A stretch of DNA of 64,000 nucleotides from Marsupella aquatica (GCA_973895155.1 OZ316891.1:24551899-24615898); one strand, 5' to 3'. Numbered from the stretch's first letter, positions 48,710 to 60,921 are shown. Program-made: numbers and translations. The notes: generated from the sequence alone by a model not told the origin.

Positions 48710-49230
48710 CGCATCATGTTTTGTTAGCGCCAGGCGCTGATATTTTTGTCGTTTTGACTACACCGTTAAATATCATCGTGTTGTGCTTGATGTTCTCAAC
48801 GCCAACTATTTGTTTCCTTAAATACCGATAAGATAGCGCCAGGCGCTAGTCAAGACGTTGTTTGCTTTTATTTTGGACCAAATAATACCATAAATTTTTG
48901 GGATGCATTCATTTTGTATTATTTTTATATATTTTGTTGCCGATTGTGGTGGGACCTACCATTTTTGTGTGCATTCCTTGACATTTTTATGTATGCTCCC
49001 CCTTGTTTGTGTTGGGATATGAGGTTCAATTATTATGTGGTTCCGCGATTCATTACATGGTATCCTCCCTCACCGCAATGGACTAACTCCAACTTAAGCA
49101 ATTCTAAACTCCTGATTGTGTGTTCTTTCCCCTGGTACAAGATGTTTTTTCCTGGTAACAGCATAAGGCAAACAGGAAAAGTATTTGTTGTTTGCCTGTT
49201 TGCTGTCTCGGTCGCTATACCCGCTAGGAC

Positions 49231-49823
49231 AATGTCCTACTTGGTTGGCAGGCCTGGCCGCAAATCATAAGCTCTTGCCAGTCAAAGTTTTACCGCCAGG
49301 TACTACCCCCGGAGGAGTTCAAATCAACCACATCAAACTCGGATGGCAAACGGATGCCGAGGCAGAGTTTGGACCATCTGATGATGAGGCCGAGAACTTA
49401 TCAACATTTTCAGAAGAAGATTTGGATCATGATTGCTACCGGGTCTCTACTCGATCCACCAGAAGGAAGGAAAGGTGGGATGGGCTGGCCAAAAATAAAG
49501 GGAAGGATAAGGAAGAAAGAATCGACTCTTCGTCAACGTCGACGGAAGGGGAAGGAAAGGCGCCGGCAACACAGGTAAGCCATGAGCTCACCAGTGACCC
49601 CAATCCTTCACAGGACAACAATTTCAATCGAGATCACCCTAAGCTGTTCTACCCCACTATTACGGCTAGTGTTAAGGAACAACTGCAAGAATTAGAAACC
49701 CTGGAGAATACCAAAGCCATAGCCAAGGATGTGGAACGAGCAAAAGCACTATTTTCTTTGGAGGATCCAACGGCTGTGGAAACCAGCGTGAAGAAACAGG
49801 CCAAAGCCAAGATGAAGACATCG
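49231..49823 (+). pseudogene. gag: gag continuation of the older family A element
   Basis: QCPTWLAGLAANHKLLP… matches the intact gag directly after the MULE TSD. Confidence 0.88.
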
Positions 49824-52800
49824 TGTGGTGCGTCCCATGGCTCCCTAAACCCAAGAAACCCCCCAGCTCAAGCCGATTCCCGCAGGTTTCGTGCTTGGCG
49901 AGGCCGTTTCCGCGGCTTAGCGGCATGGGACGCTGCTAACCTTCTACTACTACTATTAACATTTTACACACATATACTGGACAGATCCTTCATCGGGTCA
50001 TGAGATACGTAGCCGGCCTAATATAGGCCTTCCCCTGTCTTCCCCTGTCTTCCCCTCCGTCTTGTTAGGTATGTTTGGATTCCGCCGCCGGAATGATCCC
50101 CAATAGGCTTGGTTAAGCCGCTAAGACCTCTCTCAGCTCGACACATCCAACTCTCACTCCCCTGCTTACTTTCCTTCCTTCTGTTGATGTGGGCACTCTT
50201 CACACAAGTTAATGCGACACACAAATAGCAAAATGACTCATTCTGACTGAGTCATACCATGCACTTGCCATACAAACAGTACATCTCATACACAAGTTCT
50301 GCGAACTAAGCCGTGAGGCCAACTCTATTCAGCTCTTAGGCATGAGGAAACATGAATATACACAAGGGTCACTGTATGACTAACCGAGAGCTTCTCGTAC
50401 TACTTGATCCCAGCCCGGCTGGTGCAAACTAAAAACTTGCTAAAGAAGAGGCCCTGAGCTCCCCGCTGCCCAGGTACTTATCCTGGTAGTGGATCCGCCA
50501 TTCTTTGCATCGTAAGCCTAATCTACCTGACAGTAATCTACTTGCCCGAATCTACCTATGTACAGCAAGGCAGGAGCACAAGTGTTGCTCCTACCAGTGG
50601 GACCGCAATCCCACTAAGCTAAGTGTCAGGGCCGCTCCTGGTTCTGATCCTAATCCTAAACGTGGAGATCCGCGCCCGCCCTGCCCACTCACGCCTCCTC
50701 CCTCCACGTCCGCCCTCCCTAAAAGGAACGGCGCCCTTGCACCGTCACGACACCGGTGGTGGATCCTCAATGGACGCCCCCAACACTTCCTCCTCAGCCA
50801 CTGCCGTTGGCCCGCCTACTGACAGATTACCTGCCCTTGACCGAGTCAACTCTCCATCGGCCTGACTGGGTCCACCTTCGGCTTCAGTCTCAACACCGGC
50901 CTCGGCAATACCTACGGCTTCGGCCTCAGCGACTCCCACGGCTTCGGCTTCAGCCACTCCCTCGGCTTCGGCCTCCCCTTCCCCTAGGGTAGTTGGATCC
51001 TTAGCCGTGACCTTGTCTGGGGTCGGTGCTGGGTCTACCTCCTTGATCACCACGGCCTGTGAAGTCGTATTACTCCTTGACCCTGAAGGTTTCCGCTTCT
51101 TCTTCGTTGGTGGCTCGGCAGCTGGTCCCTTCCCCTTCCCACTTACTTCCGGCACTGGTGCAGTTGACGCGGCTTGTCCTTCGGCAATTACCACCCCTGG
51201 TAACTGGTTTGTCCCAACGGGAGATGGACCTGCTGCAGCTAAGCATTTAAATACTGCGGCTTGTTTCTTTAGCCGCTCTGTTTGGTTGTCGGCCCGCCGC
51301 TGTAGGTTCTCCATCTTCCTCGTGATTTCCTCCAACTCCTCTTGGGTTTCATCTAGGTCCTTACGTGCCCCCTCCAGCTCGTTTTTGGCCTCCTCCTGCT
51401 CCCTGTGGGCTTCCTCCAATTCCTTCTTCAAGGTAGCCCTCTCCTCCTGGGTTGCTCTTAGCTCCTTGTCGAGCTCTGCAATGATGACAGACTCCATCTA
51501 GTTCATCTTGGCGTAAGTCTGTTTGAGCATCTCGTCCTTCTCCCTTAGGTCGGCCTTGAAGCTGGCCGTCAGGGACGCAAGCTCCTGCTGCAGCGCCATA
51601 ATCCCTTGATAGGATTTCCCTAACTCGACCTCCTTCTGCTCAAGGGCTCCGCGGATTTTCTCGAGCTCCCCTTTCAACGCCCATTCCTTTCTTTGGGTCT
51701 CCGCCATGGCCCGGCTGTTGGCTGTTATGTGGGCCTCCTCTATATTCTTCAGCTCTTGCTTCCACTTCTCCCTCTCTTTGATCGTGTCGGCCAACTCTTC
51801 CTGCGTCTGAGTCAGTTTATCCTTGATATTCTGATTATCAGCCTGCGCGGTGTCCAACTGCCCCTGCATGATGTTCAGCTCATGTCGTTTAATCCGCAGT
51901 TCATCTTGGGCTTTCTTGGCCGCCCTTAGATTTTCAATCTCGGCTTCCATCCTCCTAAGCCGCCGAATGACCTCGTCCTTCTTGCTTCTCTCTAAAGCCA
52001 CCGCTTCTTCTAATTGGTGCTTCTCCAACTGCTCCCTATGGAAAAAGGGTCCTACCTCCAACTCCTCTCCAAAGATGCCGAGCGCAAGTTCCCCACACAT
52101 CTCACCATACTCCATGGCTCTATTCTTAGCGTAGGTGGAGTAAGTAGAAGTGATCGGCATCGCCCATCGTGGCCTCTGCTCCCAAGCCGTCCTGCGGATC
52201 TCTTCAATCGTGGCTAGAGGTTTGCTTCCTTTTTCGGCTAGCCGCCTGATGTCCTCCGGCCAATCTCCTCCTGGTAAATCCTTTTCCTTAGCCAGGGCGG
52301 CCTCTTCCTCCTGCTTGATTCGCTCCTGAAATTCCTGCACCGTCTGTTTTATGCCGTCGAAGCTCGGGGGAGCAACATCTGGTGGGGGAGACTCAGGGCT
52401 ACTCTGCTGGTTGGGGTCCCCTCGCACTACCCTTGGAAGTGTGGGGACAAACCGGCCACAGGTCCTTACTCCTGGAACGTGATGGTCCGACCCATAGCCG
52501 GAATTATCATGGCTGCAGTCCTCCACTGCCTCCTCTACCTCTTGGACGTCCGGCTTCTCCCTCTCCTCTTCCTCGGTAGGAGCTTCAGGCAATTCTGCCT
52601 CAGATTTGGAGCTTGAGGTTCCCACGTACATTCGAACACCTGGCTTGGATTCCGGCCTGATTCTCTTCTTGTCTCCAGCAAAGGGGTTTTCTCTTGTGAG
52701 CCGGTGTAGGCCTACCTCTGTAGTAGTGTCCTGCATTGTTGCCGTTGCCGTTGTTGTTGTTGTTGTTGCCGATGCCGATTTCTTTTCTTTCTCCAGTAGT

Positions 52801-54492
52801 TTCAGCAGACTCTGCATGCCTGGTTGCTGCATCGGCAAGTCCTCCTTCCTGGGCCTAAACACCTGCTCGATCGTAGGACTAACAGGTGGTTGAGGCTTCT
52901 CAACCAACGGCCTCGGCGTTGGAGCTTCCTCGGGTGCCCTTACCTGCAGGGGAAGTACCGGGGCAAAAGTCTGTCCTCTGGCATACCGGCACAACAGCGG
53001 CATGTGATAGCCAAGCCGCGACACGCTCCCCATGCCGATTACCTGCTGCTCCTCCTTTAAGATCTTCTTCAATTGGTTGAGGAGGTACCCGTTGTAGTCC
53101 CGGCTTGGGTCTGGCCTTTCTGCCAGATAGACCTGTGCCTTGCCGATCTCTGCCCTCGGCAAGTTACAATGCATGGTCACCCGCAAGAAGTCGATCATCT
53201 CTCCTATGTGCGGGTTGGTGCAGGTGTTCCGGAAGAAGCCATTCTTCGTTGATGGCCCGGGGAACGACCGGAACTCCTTGTCAGGCAAGGTCTTCCTAGT
53301 ATCAACTTTGGTCTTATTGCCTATCGGCAGGCCAAACACTTCGGCAATTACCTTGGGAGTAAGATAGAAATCCCTCCCATATATCCTCGTGCAATTGGTC
53401 TCGGGTTCCCATGACCCCACGAATTCTAATAGGTCTGACTCCGGTACCTCCGGCTTCAGCCATGGTAATCTTACAAAGGCCTCCAAGCCGGATCCGGCCA
53501 TGAAGCCTTGGTACTTCTTGGTCTGCATGGCCGTAAAGCATGCATCCTCCTCCCGTGCAAAATGTAGTTGCACCTCCACCGGTAGGGTTGCCGCCCAGCC
53601 CTTCCAGGTGTCATCCCTGGTTGGAATGGCCTTGATGGGATCGACCTCCTCCTCTTCGGCTTCTCCCTGCCTCCTGCTCTGCTGCTCGGCTGGCTTCTTT
53701 GGTGCCGCCGACCTCGTTCTTTTTGCCGGGGTGGCTTCATCGTTGACGGCTCCCTTCCTCTTCATCTCTGCTGCCGTGGAGGTTTCTCCTAGCACCGTTG
53801 CCCGGGTCCACCTTTCCGTGCTACCCTTTAATTCCCAGTGTATGTCGTTGCAGTTCTTGATGGCCTCTCGGATGCCGACGACGCTGTCTTTGCAAAACAG
53901 AAGATCGTCGAGTTGATTGGAAGTAGGCGTCCACAGGAACTCGTCCTTGATGAGTTCGCCTCCTAAGAAAGCCATCTTCTGCAGCTCCCACAATCAAGCG
54001 AGCTCCTGCCGTTCTCGAGCTGCCCTTTCTGACTCCTCGTCCTCGTAAGTCTTGATGTACTCAGTTGCCCGTTCGAACAGGCATCCCCAGAAATGTGCCG
54101 CTTGATTGACGTTGCTCATACCCTCCTTAGGTCGATCGTCGATATCTACTCTCTCCCCGAGTGCTTGCCTAAGCAGCTGACTGTAGTTGGCCTCCCGTAG
54201 TCGTCTGCCTAGTTCGTGCTCGAAAATGAGCCACCATCTCCTGCAAGCGCTCCTTACCCCTCTCCTCTGCCGGTCCTTCTTCCCGTTGATCCTTCCTAGC
54301 CGCCGACGCTTAACGCGCCCTAACCCTAATCGGGTTTTCACCCTTAGCCTTACCTCCGGCCTCGGCCCGGGTTCCATGGTTGCCCCTAATTGTTTATATT
54401 TTCCTTGTTTTGTCACTATACTAAGGTGTTCCTAGGGTGCCTTCCTGCTTTACCCACTTAACCGGCCGAGTGATTCCTGTCTAGGCATCACA
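49824..54492 (-). mobile_element. Family A solo LTR (4,669 bp) inserted in gag of the older element
   Basis: TG..CA termini; TSD CATCG / CACCG (one transition). Confidence 0.92.
50745..54377 (-). pseudogene. LTR-encoded ORF, 1,211 codons, only two point stops (53994 CGA>TGA, 51498 CAG>TAG)
   Basis: Track ORFs 53994-54416, 51498-53993 and 50745-51497 are contiguous and in frame. Confidence 0.9.
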
Positions 54493-54497
54493 CACCG

Positions 54498-57400
54498 CCA
54501 GAAGAGAAGCCGATAGTTCCCTATGACCTGGCTAAAGATGTGCTAGAATCTAGAGTCTCGGCAACAGTAGGTCAACTATTGAAAATAGCCCGTACTTCCG
54601 AAAGCAGTTAAGGAAGACGATTCTCGGCAAACCAAGATTACCCAAGGTAGCAACCAGATCCGATGTGCTGATGATAGAAGAAGATCAAGGAGCCCCAGCA
54701 TTACCATTAATGATTCAAGGAGAAATATTATTGCGGGTACCCATTGATGGAGGATTTGGGGTATGTATTATGATTGATTCAACAGCAAAAGGATGGGGTC
54801 TAACACCGGAGATGACTGGAAGAGTGTTAAACATGGCCAATGGGTATCAGGTCATTCCCACGGGGGTGTTAACCGGCATCAAAACTGAGATAGGAGGTAT
54901 TTTCTTTAGCATTAACTATGTAGTGATGAAGCCAGTAAACCCTACGTCATTCCGACTATTAATTGGCAGGCCATGGTTGTACCTAGCCAAGGTAATAGAG
55001 GATTGGGGTAAGAAGGAGTTCACTTTTGGGACCCCCTCTATCACGGTATCCTGGGACACTAAGGATGACTGTAGGAAAGGCATCAGGGAAGTAGATGGGT
55101 ACGATAGTGGACTCGAGTCAGCCAATGAAGTACGTTGGTTAGAATGCCTCACTGACCTAACCAAAGAAAGTGTGTTTGGACCGGAAGTACCCCCTAGCGG
55201 ACTATGGCACGAACCTATGGAGAGTAACCTGGAGGAAGGTGAAGAAGAGACTGAGGATTGCTTTGCCATAGAGTCAACAATTTTAGCTTCAATTCCGGAG
55301 GAGACACAAGAGGCGGATCGGCTAGAAACGGCTAGGTGGGGAGCTACACCAGAGATAGTGGATTTTCCTCGGGCATTGTGGCAGAGCCGATAGGATCCAC
55401 AACGCCGTCTATCATCGGCGACAAATTAAATACCAAGGGATTGGCTTACAAGCCAATCACAAGGGCAGAACAAATTGAGGCCCTGCTAGAAGCTGGAAGA
55501 GCCCGATGTCCTGACCCTCAGGAAGCAGGAATAGATAAGATGCACGGAAAGAAACCAGAGCCAAGTCAGGAAGGGGAGCCAACAACCAATTCAAAACCAA
55601 GCAGAACGATAAGAGAACAGTCTGTTAATAACCAGGGTGAACCCAAGTCAACCAATTCGGCTAGTACTACCGAGATTCCAGTCTATGGAGGTATGAGACT
55701 GGAGAGGCTGGAGGCCGGGTTGGACCCAAATTTGAAGAAGCAGAATAATATGATCCAAGCACGGCAATACCGGAAGCTCGACTTAGGAGAAGGAAGGGAA
55801 CTGAACTTGGGGCAAGACCTAGCACCTGAGCTTGAGAAAGAGATCAGTGAATTACTAATTGAATTTCAGGATGTGTTTGCATGGAGTCACCAAGATCTGA
55901 AGGGAGTAGACCCAAAACTAGGAGAACACCGAATTGATCTCATGTTAGGGGCCAAATCATTTTGACAACCGATTCAAAGGATGAACCCTAAGTATTCTCT
56001 GATGGTCAAGGCTGAAATCGATAAACTAGTGGAAGCCGGATTCATCACTCCAGTCCTGCCTTCAGACTGGGTGTCTCCAATTGTGATAGTTCCCAAGAAA
56101 GCTGGACCCAATGGTAAACCAAAGATCCGTGTTTGTCAAGATTACAGGAAGTTGAATGAGGCTACATTGAAAGATCATTTTCCTTTACCCTTTACTGATA
56201 TGGTGTTAGACATGGTAGCCAGTCATGAACTATACTCATTCATGGATGGGTACTCTGGTTATAACCAAATCAGGATTAGGCAGGAGGACCAAATCAAGAC
56301 AGCCTTCATCACGGAATGGGGGATCTATGTCTTCAATCGTATGCCGTTTGGACTCTGTAACGCACCAGCTATGTTCCAACGATTAATGGTGAACATTTTT
56401 CATGACTACTTGAGAAAATTCATGGAAATCTTCATTGATGACTTTGCAGTATTTGGGAAGGCATCGAAACATGCTAAATACCTCAGGAAAACCTTCATGA
56501 GATGTAGAGAGGTAGGTCTCAAGTTACACCCCGATAAATGTTTCTTTGGAGTAACAGAGGGTGTGCTACTAGGTCACAAGGTATCAAAGAAAGGCATTGA
56601 GATTGACAAAGGTAAGCTAGCAGTATGGCTAGATATCATGCAACCTAAGAACATAAAAGATGTGAGATCCTTCTTGGGGTGCATTGGTTATTATCGCCGG
56701 TTCATCAAAGATTTTGCCAAGCTAGCTTTACCATTAACCAACATGCTCAAGGCAGGTGCAGACTTTGAACCCACACCAGCACGAGTAACAGCAGTAGTGG
56801 AATTGAAGCAGATGTTAGTAGAGGCCCCAGTCATGATAGCACCAGACTGGAACAAGGATTTCATGTCTTTGTAGATGTCTCAAGCTTCTGTATCGACTCA
56901 GTACTAAGTCAGTTGGATGAGAAAGGAAAGGACCATCCCATATACTTTGCAAGCCGCCAGCTTGCCGATGCCGAACGAAACTACTCCACCACAGAAAGAG
57001 AAGCATTAGGAGTCATTTATTCATGTAAAAAGTTTAGGCATTATCTACTAGGGTACAAGGTAATCTTTCATACTGATCATGAAAGTTTGAAGCACCTAGT
57101 AAATAAGCCGGACCTTACAGGCAGGTAGCAAGATGGATTTTGCTATTACAAGAATTTGACTACGAGCTAAAAATCAAGCCGGGAAAGCAACACGCCAATG
57201 CCGACTTCTTTTCAAGGATCATAGGTGAACCTGCCACGGATTGCATCGATGATCGATTTCCCGACGAGGAGTTATTCATTGTGGAAATAGCTGATACATG
57301 GTACCTTGAGATTTTACAATTTCTCAGCACTTCCAGATTACAGCCAGGGCTAAGCCGAGAGCAAGCCGCAGTCTTTCTGCGAAAGGTCAGACAGTATCAG

Positions 57401-58621
57401 TGCATTAAGGGCGTACTACATAGGCATGGAATCAGTGGCACAATTCAAAGGTGTTTGGAGGAGGGAGACGTAAAACGAGTCTTATGAGCTATGCATGGGG
57501 AGGAGGCCGGGGGGCATTTTGCTCCATTAACCACTTCTAAAAAGATATTAAATGCCGGTTACTGGTGGCCCACCTTGCACAAGGATGTCTATAAGTTTAT
57601 CAAACAATGCGATCCTTGTCAGCAAGCGGGAGGACCAAGGGCGTCCACAAGACATCCACTCGAGCATCCACTGCACCCTATTCTACCTCTGGCACCATTT
57701 CAGAAGTGGGGTATTGATTTCATCGGACCTCTGAAACCATTGACTCATCCTCAAAGAAACAAGTACATAATCTTGGCCACGGATTATGCAACTTAGTGGG
57801 TAGAGGCCAGGCCGACAATGAAGGATGATGCAATTACTACGGCTCGATTCATGTATGAGCAGATCTTCACCAGGTTTGGCGCACCCTTAGGATTAGTTAG
57901 TGATAGAGGAACCCATTTTCTGAATGATATAATTAGTCATTTAAATGAGCAGTATTTAGTTAGACACAGGCCTACTACTCCCTACCACCCAAAGGCAAAT
58001 GGGTTGACAGAACGAGCCAATGGAATTATAGGAAAGATATTAAACAAAACCGTAGCTCAGAACAAACTCAATTGGGATGATAAATTTTTTGCTGTTGTTT
58101 TTGCTTACAATTTAGCCTATAAATCCACTACCGGTCATACACCTTTTTTCTTAACCTTTGGACAGGAAGCCCTGGTACCAATACAACTTGAGATTCCTAC
58201 ATTTCAAGTTACAATTGAGGAGAGATCTTCAGAGGAGGAAAGCCTAAAGGAGCGAGAATATAGGTTAGAAGCTTTAGAGGAGGCAAGAGTGATTTTAGTT
58301 GAGAGAGTAGAATATAGACAGAATAACATGAAGCAACAGTATGATAAGAAGTTGAAACCACTTAGTATTCACACAGGAGATCTTGTATTACTTTATGACA
58401 ATAGGTATTATAGGTTTCCAGGTAAACTTTACACTCGCTGGTTAGGACCCTTTAGAGTAACCATGAAGTTCTCCAATGGCTCCGTGCAATTGGCCAACAT
58501 TATTGGAGAGGTAAACCCAGTTCGCATCCATTAGGACCGCCTCAAGAAATACTATATGGACGAAGATGAAGTTGTTCGCAAGGACGCTTCACAATTAAGT
58601 GGGGAGCTATGTGATGCCTAG
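54498..58621 (+). pseudogene. pol: Protease-RT-RNase H-integrase of the older family A element, decayed
   Basis: Track ORFs 54665-55393, 55336-55965, 55981-56874 and 56913-58534 are highly similar to 27647-31600. Confidence 0.92.
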
Positions 58622-59180
58622 CGAGGAATCACTAGCCCGATTTACATGGTAAAGCAGGAGTGTACCCTGGAAACACCTTAGTATAGGAACAAAAACAAGG
58701 AAAATATAAAACTCGGCGAGGCCGTTTCCGTGGCTTAGCGGCATGGGATGCTGCTAACCTCATACTACTACTATTAACATTTTACACACATATACTGGAC
58801 AGATCCTTCATCGGGTCATGAGATACGCAGTTGGCCTAATCTAGACCTTCTCTTGTCTTTCCCTCCTGTTGGTTAGGTATATTTGGATTCCGCTGCCGGA
58901 ATGATCCCCAATTGGTTTGGTTAAGCCACTAAGACCTCTCTCAGCTCGACACATCCAACTCTCACTCCCTTGCTTACTTCCCTTCTACTTGTTGATGTGG
59001 GCACTCTTCACACAAGTTAATGCGAAACACAAATAGCAAAATGACTCCTTCTGACTGAGTTATACCATGCACTTGCAATACAAACAGTACATCTCATACA
59101 CAAGCTCTGCGAACTAAGCCGTGAGGCCAACTCTATTCAGTTCTTAGGTATGAGGAAACATGCATATACACAAGGGTCAC
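58610..59180. mobile_element. Truncated 3' LTR start (58610-~58710) joined to an inverted fragment of the LTR end (~58712-59180)
   Basis: The first ~100 bp match 8522-8622; the remainder is the reverse complement of about 12550-13021. Confidence 0.85.
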
Positions 59181-59374
59181 CAAATCCGGATCTGTAAAGA
59201 GCATTGGAAAGATCTGGTCAAGGCGAGTAAAATCGATATAAAACACTCGAGAAACGGAGGTGTATTAAGAAAGATACGGTCTGATTAGTGTGACAGGTTA
59301 ACTTGTGGCCGAAATTAGCGGATTCGGCTTCAGTTTTGGGTTAACCCAAGCTCGACCACGGCTTAGCTTATGTG

Positions 59375-59495
59375 AGCACGGCTTCAGCTTAGCTCAGGTC
59401 AGCACGGCTTCAGCTTAGCTCAAGTAAGCACGGCTTCAGCTTAGCTCAGGTCAGCACAGCTTCAGCTTAGCTCAGGTAAGCATGACTTCAGCTTA
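59375..59495 (+). repeat. 26-bp tandem repeat AGCACGGCTTCAGCTTAGCTCAGGT(C/A), ~4.6 copies, followed by degenerate CTCGGGTTAG repeats to ~59720
   Basis: Units start at 59375, 59401, 59427, 59453 and 59479. Confidence 0.9.
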
Positions 59496-60921
59496 GGCTT
59501 AACCCGGGTTCGGACTAGATTGATCCCGGGTTAGACTTAACTCGGGTTAGCCTAAACTCGGGCTCAGGTTAGCATAGGTAAGCTCGGGTTCGGGCTCAGC
59601 TTAGGCTAGGTTAGCGGATAGCGGATAGCGGCCTAACCTGAGACCACGGGTTAGCTCTACTCGGGTTAGATAGGATAGCTAGGTTAGCCGAACTCGGGTT
59701 AGCTATGTAACTCGGGTTAGCGCAGCAGTGAGTACCCCCTCTCAGTTGTGGGGGCATAACTCTCTGTGTATTTGACCAAATTGGCTATAATTGACCTCGT
59801 TGGAAAGAGGAGCTCAAGCCGCTTCCAACGCTGCTATCCACGCAGCAAATGGTTGAATAGAGAAAGCGGGAGAGGAGGCGCAAGCTCGCAAAAACCATGG
59901 AGGAGGGCCAAATCCGAAGTACATAGCCAATTTGAGATAGAAATAAAGTTGTGAGTTAGGGTTCAGTAGTTAGAGATAGTGGCGGCTCTGTTAGGGCTGG
60001 GATGGGGCTCCAGCAACATAGTATCCACCCATTTGGGCTCAGTATGAGAGTATATAGAGCAGCCCCCCGGTAGAGGCAAGGGGGGGGGAACTCCAGTTGT
60101 GTGATCTCACGTAGATTGAGCAGCAGGGAGGAGCTCTGTGCAAGCAAGGCTGGACTTGGACGCTGCGTGTTGGGGAGAGCTTGGTGGTGCTATTACTCAG
60201 GGAGTAATCAGCCAAGCTTCACAGCAACGGGTTGCTAGGTTTGCGAGCTGGATTGTGGCTCTTTCTAGTGGGCAGCACAACTGGGTTCTTTTCCCCCGAT
60301 ACAGAGCCTTGGTGATAGGTGATGTATTGGTAATTGTAAACTGTGGGGAGGATTTCAATTTGATTTGTGGTGAGCACATTAGGGAGGCTGAGACACTATT
60401 TGAGGGGCAACAGGAGGAGCATTTACAGTTCAGTCTGGCAAGGCTACGTGATCCATGGGGAGTCCCGGCCTTTGTCTGGTGGAGAGCACTAAGGGATCTA
60501 TGGCCAGAGCTGAGCTTGCAGGGCAAGCGTGAGGCCGGGCCTCATTGTAGTCTGGGGTAGATCGCCGTTAGGCCTGGTACCAGCTTTGAAGTCGAGTCAA
60601 CCGTGCATGCGTACTTGACATTCTGAAATGGAGGTGTGAGATCTGTATGTGCCCCCGAGAATGAAGTGCAATGAAGGAGGTTGAGTTCAGGATTGAGTTT
60701 GCAAGGCAAGTACGGGATTGGTTTGAGTCCAATCTGCCGTCGCAATTTGGAGTGAGCCGGGCTCAGGTTCAGGATTGAGCTTGCATGGCAAGCACGGGGC
60801 TTGCGGGGCAAGCACGTCGCAATCTGGAGGAGACAACCTTCGGGCCTATTGTTTGGATCAAGTGTTCTCAGTGAACTATTGTGCACATCTTTGAATCTAA
60901 TTGAGTTTTCCTCTCAGGCCT

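Larger units (their letters stand above)
14594..48848. repeat. Dispersed palindrome TAGCGCC-N-GGCGCTA, ~15 copies, all in MULE non-coding DNA
   Basis: Perfect at 14928, 15400, 16536, 17393, 18798, 19960, 20260, 42212, 48834; one mismatch at 17322, 20324, 42325, 48725; two mismatches at 14594, 20114. Confidence 0.92.
14385..49222 (+). mobile_element. Mutator/MULE-like DNA transposon, ~10.8 kb after removing nested LTR insertions; weak or no TIRs
   Basis: Exact 8-bp duplication GCTAGGAC (14377-14384, 49223-49230) splitting gag at HMLG|QCP; ends G…C; contains a DDE/SWIM transposase. Confidence 0.85.
8522..58710 (+). mobile_element. Older family A Gypsy element, fragmented by nested insertions (own parts: 8522-14384, 49231-49823, 54498-~58710)
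   Basis: 5' LTR 8522-13092, PBS 13097, gag, gag continuation after the MULE TSD, PR-RT-RH-INT 54.6-58.6 kb, PPT, then start of 3' LTR at 58610. Confidence 0.9.

Noticed and set aside
14377-49230. hAT assignment based on the 8-bp TSD
   Set aside because: No hAT-type short TIRs or dimerisation domain; the D..D..FH..ES.H pattern and SWIM finger fit Mutator better.
59375-59495. Possible CRISPR array
   Set aside because: Units are head-to-tail with no unique spacers, no cas genes, and the context is eukaryotic.
60138-60886. ORFs 60138-60560 and 60542-60886 as host genes
   Set aside because: Short, non-ATG starts, no recognisable domain, repeat-like context.
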